Shown in pieces: positions 59,542 through 64,000 of a DNA stretch of 64,000 bases. A program made the position numbers and the translations under genes. This DNA comes from a bacterium (lineage in GTDB: Bacteria; Zixibacteria; MSB-5A5; GN15; FEB-12). The stretch is taken from the NCBI GenBank assembly GCA_043811375.1, contig JBDRNJ010000024.1, positions 1 through 64,000 on the forward strand, in the 5' to 3' direction. How positions within the stretch are numbered: position 1 is the stretch's first letter; each line of letters begins with the position of its first letter. The notes beneath the pieces were generated by a model. That model ran no database searches. It was given only the letters and a program-made list of their open reading frames with translations, and was not told the DNA's origin.

Positions 59542-60123
59542 TTACCTGGCCGTCACCTGTCCATCACGCAGAGCATACTCGCGTCCGCAGACCCGGCAGC
59601 GGGCTACTTCCTTATCACCGGAGCGCGAGAACTCCAGCCGTTGAGCACAGGTACAGACATATCCCGCCGGTCGAGCCGGATTGCCCAGCCAGAGACCAAA
59701 ATCAGGAACATCCCTGGTAACCACAGCCCCGGCGCCGATAAAGGCGAAGCGCCCCACAGTGTGTCCGGCTACAATCACGGCTCCGGCGCCGATCGTGGCG
59801 CCATGGCGGATCAGGGTGGCGTCATACCTGTCACGAGCCACCTTGCTGCGCGGGTAAACGTCGTTGGTGAACAGGACGCCGGGACCGACAAAGACTTCAT
59901 CCTCCAGAACCACCCCATTCCACAATGAGACCCCGTTCTTGACAGTCACCCGGTCGCCGACTACGACTCCTTTCTCAACAAAACAGCCATCGCAGATGTT
60001 GCAGTCGGCGCCTATACGAGCGCCCTGCTGAACATTGCAGAAGGCCCAGATGCGACTGCCGGCACCTATCTGATCGGTCTCGACAATGGCCGCGGGATGA
60101 GCGAAAAACCTGGTGTCCGTCAT
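59542..60123 (-). CDS. Hexapeptide-repeat sugar N-acetyltransferase (WbpD-like)
   Basis: Left-handed beta-helix repeats, FTNDVYPRS, GNPAR, C-terminal CxC..CxxC. Confidence 0.88.
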   Translation of the reverse strand: MTDTRFFAHPAAIVETDQIGAGSRIWAFCNVQQGARIGADCNICDGCFVEKGVVVGDRVTVKNGVSLWNGVVLEDEVFVGPGVLFTNDVYPRSKVARDRYDATLIRHGATIGAGAVIVAGHTVGRFAFIGAGAVVTRDVPDFGLWLGNPARPAGYVCTCAQRLEFSRSGDKEVARCRVCGREYALRDGQVTAR

Positions 60124-60124
60124 A

Positions 60125-61135
60125 TCAGTCGAGTCTGACTACCTTTCCCTGGTTCCGTATCGACAGGTTGGCGGCTTCCAGGATACGCACCACCCGCAGT
60201 CCTGCCTGCCCATCGGTCAGGGCCGGTCGATCTTCATGGATACAGTTGTAAAATTCGCGACTCACGTGGTGAAGCGCCTCCGTCAGGTCGACATGCGGAG
60301 CCCACATGTCTCCCGTTCGATATTGTATCAACATGCGGTAGATTTCATCCCCATCGGGGATAACGTCCACTCCCCGATCATATACTTTGACCTTTTCCGA
60401 CGGTTCCGTGTCATCGTAGATAATCATCTGGCGCGATCCTGAGATAAGGGTCTTGCGTACCTTGACCGGCGCCAGCCAGTTGACATGAATATGCCCCAGC
60501 AGGTTGTCATCGTAATAGGTCGAGATGTAGGCGATGTTCTCGATGTCGCCCTCGAAATGTGCCATACCGGTGGCGGCTATCGCCCGCGGCGACCGATCCA
60601 GCAGGTAGTCCATGATGGAAACATCGTGGGGAGCCAGGTCCCAGATAACGTTGACATCGTGCTGGAACAGGCCCAGATTCACTCGCACCGAATCGAAATA
60701 GTACAACTGTCCCAGTTTGCCGGAAACCACCAACTCCTTGATGGTCTGTACGGCGCCGGTGTAAACAAAAGTGTGGTCGACCATCAGCCGCAACCGCTTC
60801 TGCTCGGCGGCATCGATTAACCGTTGACCCTGTTCCACCGTAGCCGTCAGTGGTTTTTCCACCAGCAGATGTTTGCCGTTGGCCAGGGCTTCCATACCCA
60901 GTTCGAAGTGGCTCGACACCGGTGTGGCGATCACCACCGCATCAATGTCGGGCGACCGCAATACCTCGTTGGTGTCTGCGGTCAGACAGGAAATGGCCGG
61001 ATACCGGCGACGAACGAAGTCCAGTCGGTCAAGACGCCGGTCGCACACGGCGACAACCTCAATGTCGTCCAGAGCGTTAAAATTGCGGATCAGGTTGGGA
61101 CCCCAGTAGCCACAACCGATAATGCCGATTTTCAT
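60125..61135 (-). CDS. Gfo/Idh/MocA family oxidoreductase (sugar-nucleotide dehydrogenase)
   Basis: GCGYWG, VEKP, WDLAPHD. Confidence 0.92.
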   Translation of the reverse strand: MKIGIIGCGYWGPNLIRNFNALDDIEVVAVCDRRLDRLDFVRRRYPAISCLTADTNEVLRSPDIDAVVIATPVSSHFELGMEALANGKHLLVEKPLTATVEQGQRLIDAAEQKRLRLMVDHTFVYTGAVQTIKELVVSGKLGQLYYFDSVRVNLGLFQHDVNVIWDLAPHDVSIMDYLLDRSPRAIAATGMAHFEGDIENIAYISTYYDDNLLGHIHVNWLAPVKVRKTLISGSRQMIIYDDTEPSEKVKVYDRGVDVIPDGDEIYRMLIQYRTGDMWAPHVDLTEALHHVSREFYNCIHEDRPALTDGQAGLRVVRILEAANLSIRNQGKVVRLD

Positions 61136-61159
61136 CGCTATGTTTCCCTTACGGGTTGA

Positions 61160-63382
61160 TCAGTACACCAGGCAACTGCCATCGGGCTTGAAATGCATCA
61201 GGAAGATATTGTACCGTCCCGTCTGCTTTCCCGCTGCCGGCGACAGGTCTCTCCCGGCAACCATCTTGCCATCCGAGCGCTCAGTATAACAGGAAAGTGT
61301 CGAGTCAGACAAGTAATTTACTTGGTAGCGAATACGGGGATCATTACAGTGCACGTAGCGCTCAATGGAAGTAAACCGGACACCGGGGATATACCCTAGC
61401 CGGCTGCCGGTCTTGTAATTGCCCCAGACGGAGATATGGTTATTCTCTTCTTCAAAGCGATCGTTGATGGCTAACCAGATGTCCACGAAGCCGTCCCGAT
61501 CAAGTACCCGGCGGATAAGGGAATCATCCAACGGCACGATCGCATACTGGCGGAACTGTTCAATCCCGAGCGGTTCAAAGCGGGCGTAGAAGTCGTAGGT
61601 TGCCTTGGGATAGAACAGGTCCGACAATGGTTTCTGCCCTCCGACAAATTCAAAGGTAGTGTCACCGACGGCCATAGTGAAAGTATTGCGCCGACCGTGA
61701 CCGGAGTTGACATCAACCACCACCGCCAGCAGTTCGTCCTGACGGACTTCTTTCAGGTCGGAAATGTACAGCCGTGTTCCGGCCTTCACACTGTCGCTGG
61801 TGAGACGACATTCAAACTCAGCCCAGCCTGCCCGTGAGAGGGTAGTGGTCCAGCCGATCACACTGACCAATAACAACGGCACTGCGACGACAAGCAAACG
61901 GCCCCGGGGGTAGTGTTCCCAGGTCAACCTGCGGCTGAGCAGAAAAAGTCCCCCGCCCAGCAAAGACGTCTTCATCAGCAGGATTCCGATCACCAGAGTC
62001 AGACTCATTCCGTTACCGAAGATACTGTTGAGCCAGTTCTGATCGAAACCATAAGCTGCCACCATCAGGACCAGCGCCGCCACCGGCATCAATCTGGTTC
62101 GGACGGTGCCGGTTTGACAGGCTTCCCACAACAGGGTCATCAAATAGGCGCTGCCCAGCAGCACCATCGGCATGGCGTTGAAGTTGTATCTTGAAAGCGA
62201 ATGAAAGATAAGATGAACGGCAGTGTAATAGCCGATTATAGCCACCGGCCACACCGCTCGTGTCAGATTACTGCTCGCCAGAATCAGCAACCCCAGCAGC
62301 CCTGAAACAACGATCACCAGGTGCAGCTTCTCCCCCGTACGGTATGGCACAATGAAACTCCGCTTGAAGTCATTAAACGGTCGATGCCAGAGACGATCAA
62401 ACTTCTTGACTGTCAGACCGACTGTTCCGATAGGGTCACTCACCAAATCACCGACCACAGAACGCTTCCAGAAGTCTTTCTCCACCTTATCGAGATCATA
62501 CCCTTCGAACACGATGGAACTAGATTGTCGCAGGTTGGAAGCAGCGTAGGAGGGATCACGCAAAGTCAGTTGGCCATAGTGTGTCGACGTCAATACCAGC
62601 CAAGCCACGAAGATCAAGACTGCCGGTGTGACGTAAAATAGCCAGCGACTGACAGCCATTCGTGCCGGCCAGACACCGTGAGTACGCGCCAGCAGACCGA
62701 TAGACAGCGGTATCATCAGCAACATCGCCGTTGGCTTGTTGAGAACCAGCAGCCCGGTCACTACCCCGGCCAACATCAGCGGCCACCGATCATGGCTCTC
62801 ACACCCTCGCAGCAGCAAGTACAGCGCCAGCAGTATCCAGAAGCTGGTAGATGTCTCCAACAACAGCATGGAACTGCCCAGCATGAATGGAAAGTAAATG
62901 GCATACAGCAGGCTGGCTATCAGGGCTGCCTTGCGCCCGACCAAACGCAACCCGATCCCAATAATCAGCAGTGTACTCAGCGCATCGAGCAGAACTCCCA
63001 ACAGGCGGGCAAAAGTGAAATCCTCCGTCGGCGCCAGCAAGAGTATGACTGCCAAAAGACCGGGATAAAGAGGACCGCTGAAAAACATATCCTCGCGCGC
63101 CTGCGTCAGAGTATGGGGCTGGTAGAAAAGCCATTCAATTTGTTCCCCCTGGATGTACTTCCGGCAGTAGTGGTCAAACTGCAGTCGGTCTTCACGTTCA
63201 GAAACGACCGGTCCGGCTCCGCTGTCGTCCACCAGGGATATCAGGCCGATAGACGCCGCTACATAACGGCGGGCGTCCCACATGACCGGCAACAGATCGC
63301 CGAACATCAGGAAACCCAGCCGCAGACCCAGCGACAGAACCAGTATCAGAATCACCCGACGACGAAACGTACCGGTGGTCAT
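61160..63382 (-). CDS. ArnT/PMT-like (GT-C) membrane glycosyltransferase with C-terminal soluble domain
   Basis: WDARRY, PLYP, LLE, SRY motifs; multi-TM. Confidence 0.8.
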   Translation of the reverse strand: MTTGTFRRRVILILVLSLGLRLGFLMFGDLLPVMWDARRYVAASIGLISLVDDSGAGPVVSEREDRLQFDHYCRKYIQGEQIEWLFYQPHTLTQAREDMFFSGPLYPGLLAVILLLAPTEDFTFARLLGVLLDALSTLLIIGIGLRLVGRKAALIASLLYAIYFPFMLGSSMLLLETSTSFWILLALYLLLRGCESHDRWPLMLAGVVTGLLVLNKPTAMLLMIPLSIGLLARTHGVWPARMAVSRWLFYVTPAVLIFVAWLVLTSTHYGQLTLRDPSYAASNLRQSSSIVFEGYDLDKVEKDFWKRSVVGDLVSDPIGTVGLTVKKFDRLWHRPFNDFKRSFIVPYRTGEKLHLVIVVSGLLGLLILASSNLTRAVWPVAIIGYYTAVHLIFHSLSRYNFNAMPMVLLGSAYLMTLLWEACQTGTVRTRLMPVAALVLMVAAYGFDQNWLNSIFGNGMSLTLVIGILLMKTSLLGGGLFLLSRRLTWEHYPRGRLLVVAVPLLLVSVIGWTTTLSRAGWAEFECRLTSDSVKAGTRLYISDLKEVRQDELLAVVVDVNSGHGRRNTFTMAVGDTTFEFVGGQKPLSDLFYPKATYDFYARFEPLGIEQFRQYAIVPLDDSLIRRVLDRDGFVDIWLAINDRFEEENNHISVWGNYKTGSRLGYIPGVRFTSIERYVHCNDPRIRYQVNYLSDSTLSCYTERSDGKMVAGRDLSPAAGKQTGRYNIFLMHFKPDGSCLVY

Positions 63383-63428
63383 GAATCACTCGCTCTCGTC
63401 GAAAGTACCGGTGCCCGGTCGACCGGCG

Positions 63429-64000
63429 TTACTGTGGCATCTCTTCAGTGGCTTCTTCTCCCAGTGTCTTCAGCGACAGGTGTTCTTTTTTCAGGAAATA
63501 AAAGCCCATCATCGTAACTATCAGGTACTGTGCCGCGTGCAGCACCAGGGCGCAGGAAAGCGCATCCTCTTTGGCAATACCGTAGGACATCAGGGACCAC
63601 ACCGCTCCGGCATGGTAGACACCCACAAATCCGGGCGAAGACGGTACCAGAATCGATATTGAAACCACCACCAACAGCACGTACGAGGCATCCAGCGACA
63701 GTTCGAAACCAAAGGCCCAGAATACGAATATGTTGGACAGCCCCATCAGCAGCCAGATAAGAATCGTGTGCAGCGCCACCAAAGCAACACTGCGGGGACT
63801 GTTGAGAAATTCCAACCCACGGGAGAACTTCAGGATTATATTGTGAAAGACCTGCCGCACACTCTGCGGCACAAAAAACAGATACCTGGTCAGAAGACGC
63901 CCGGCCTGGTCCGCCTTAAGAGCCAGTACCAATACGATTACAATTCCCGACAGCGCGATACCGATGGCCACATTCAGCCCATACTTCATGGACTCATTCA
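63429..64000 (-). CDS. Lysylphosphatidylglycerol synthase TM-domain / flippase-like protein (partial, 5' end outside window)
   Basis: VPSSPGFVGVYH motif; frame open to the window edge. Confidence 0.85.
   Translation of the reverse strand, partial: NESMKYGLNVAIGIALSGIVIVLVLALKADQAGRLLTRYLFFVPQSVRQVFHNIILKFSRGLEFLNSPRSVALVALHTILIWLLMGLSNIFVFWAFGFELSLDASYVLLVVVSISILVPSSPGFVGVYHAGAVWSLMSYGIAKEDALSCALVLHAAQYLIVTMMGFYFLKKEHLSLKTLGEEATEEMPQ

Noticed and set aside
1..64000. tRNA/rRNA genes, prophage, integrase
   Set aside because: None recognised by eye; the window is almost fully occupied by identifiable CDS

Overview
A 64-kb GC-rich chromosomal segment of a diderm bacterium. Secreted proteins with 'NYPNPFN...KMLLLK' C-terminal sorting domains and the overall gene content suggest an FCB-related lineage such as candidate division Zixibacteria (inference only). 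It is mostly housekeeping: the right end of an IS481-like element interrupting a gene, DUF401, a class IV aminotransferase, DUF1015-serA-serC, a histone H1-like/SWIB protein, trkAH, M32 and M3 peptidases, thyX, crotonase, a complete nuoA-N operon, an S41 peptidase, and a long minus-strand gene run (glycosyltransferases, manC, SPOR, tsaC, LMW phosphatase, DUF3108, ftcd, PHP, metalloprotease, ECF S-component, TonB-dependent receptor, HDIG, MFS). Highlights: (1) a glutaredoxin-like gene inside the complex I operon between nuoM and nuoN that reads GFGGG-UGA-G-F-stop followed by a SECIS-like hairpin, a probable Uxx-star selenoprotein missed by the ORF track; (2) an AT-rich three-gene cassette (orphan ParA-type ATPase, small unknown protein, HEPN-like protein) between ybjQ and thyX, a candidate undescribed defence/conflict system; (3) a stand-alone lipoprotein resembling an internal segment of the T9SS translocon SprA; (4) a displaced duplicate of the DUF401 3' end; (5) several apparently leaderless genes and multiple REP-like families. 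All family assignments are from motif recognition by eye; no database searches were run.
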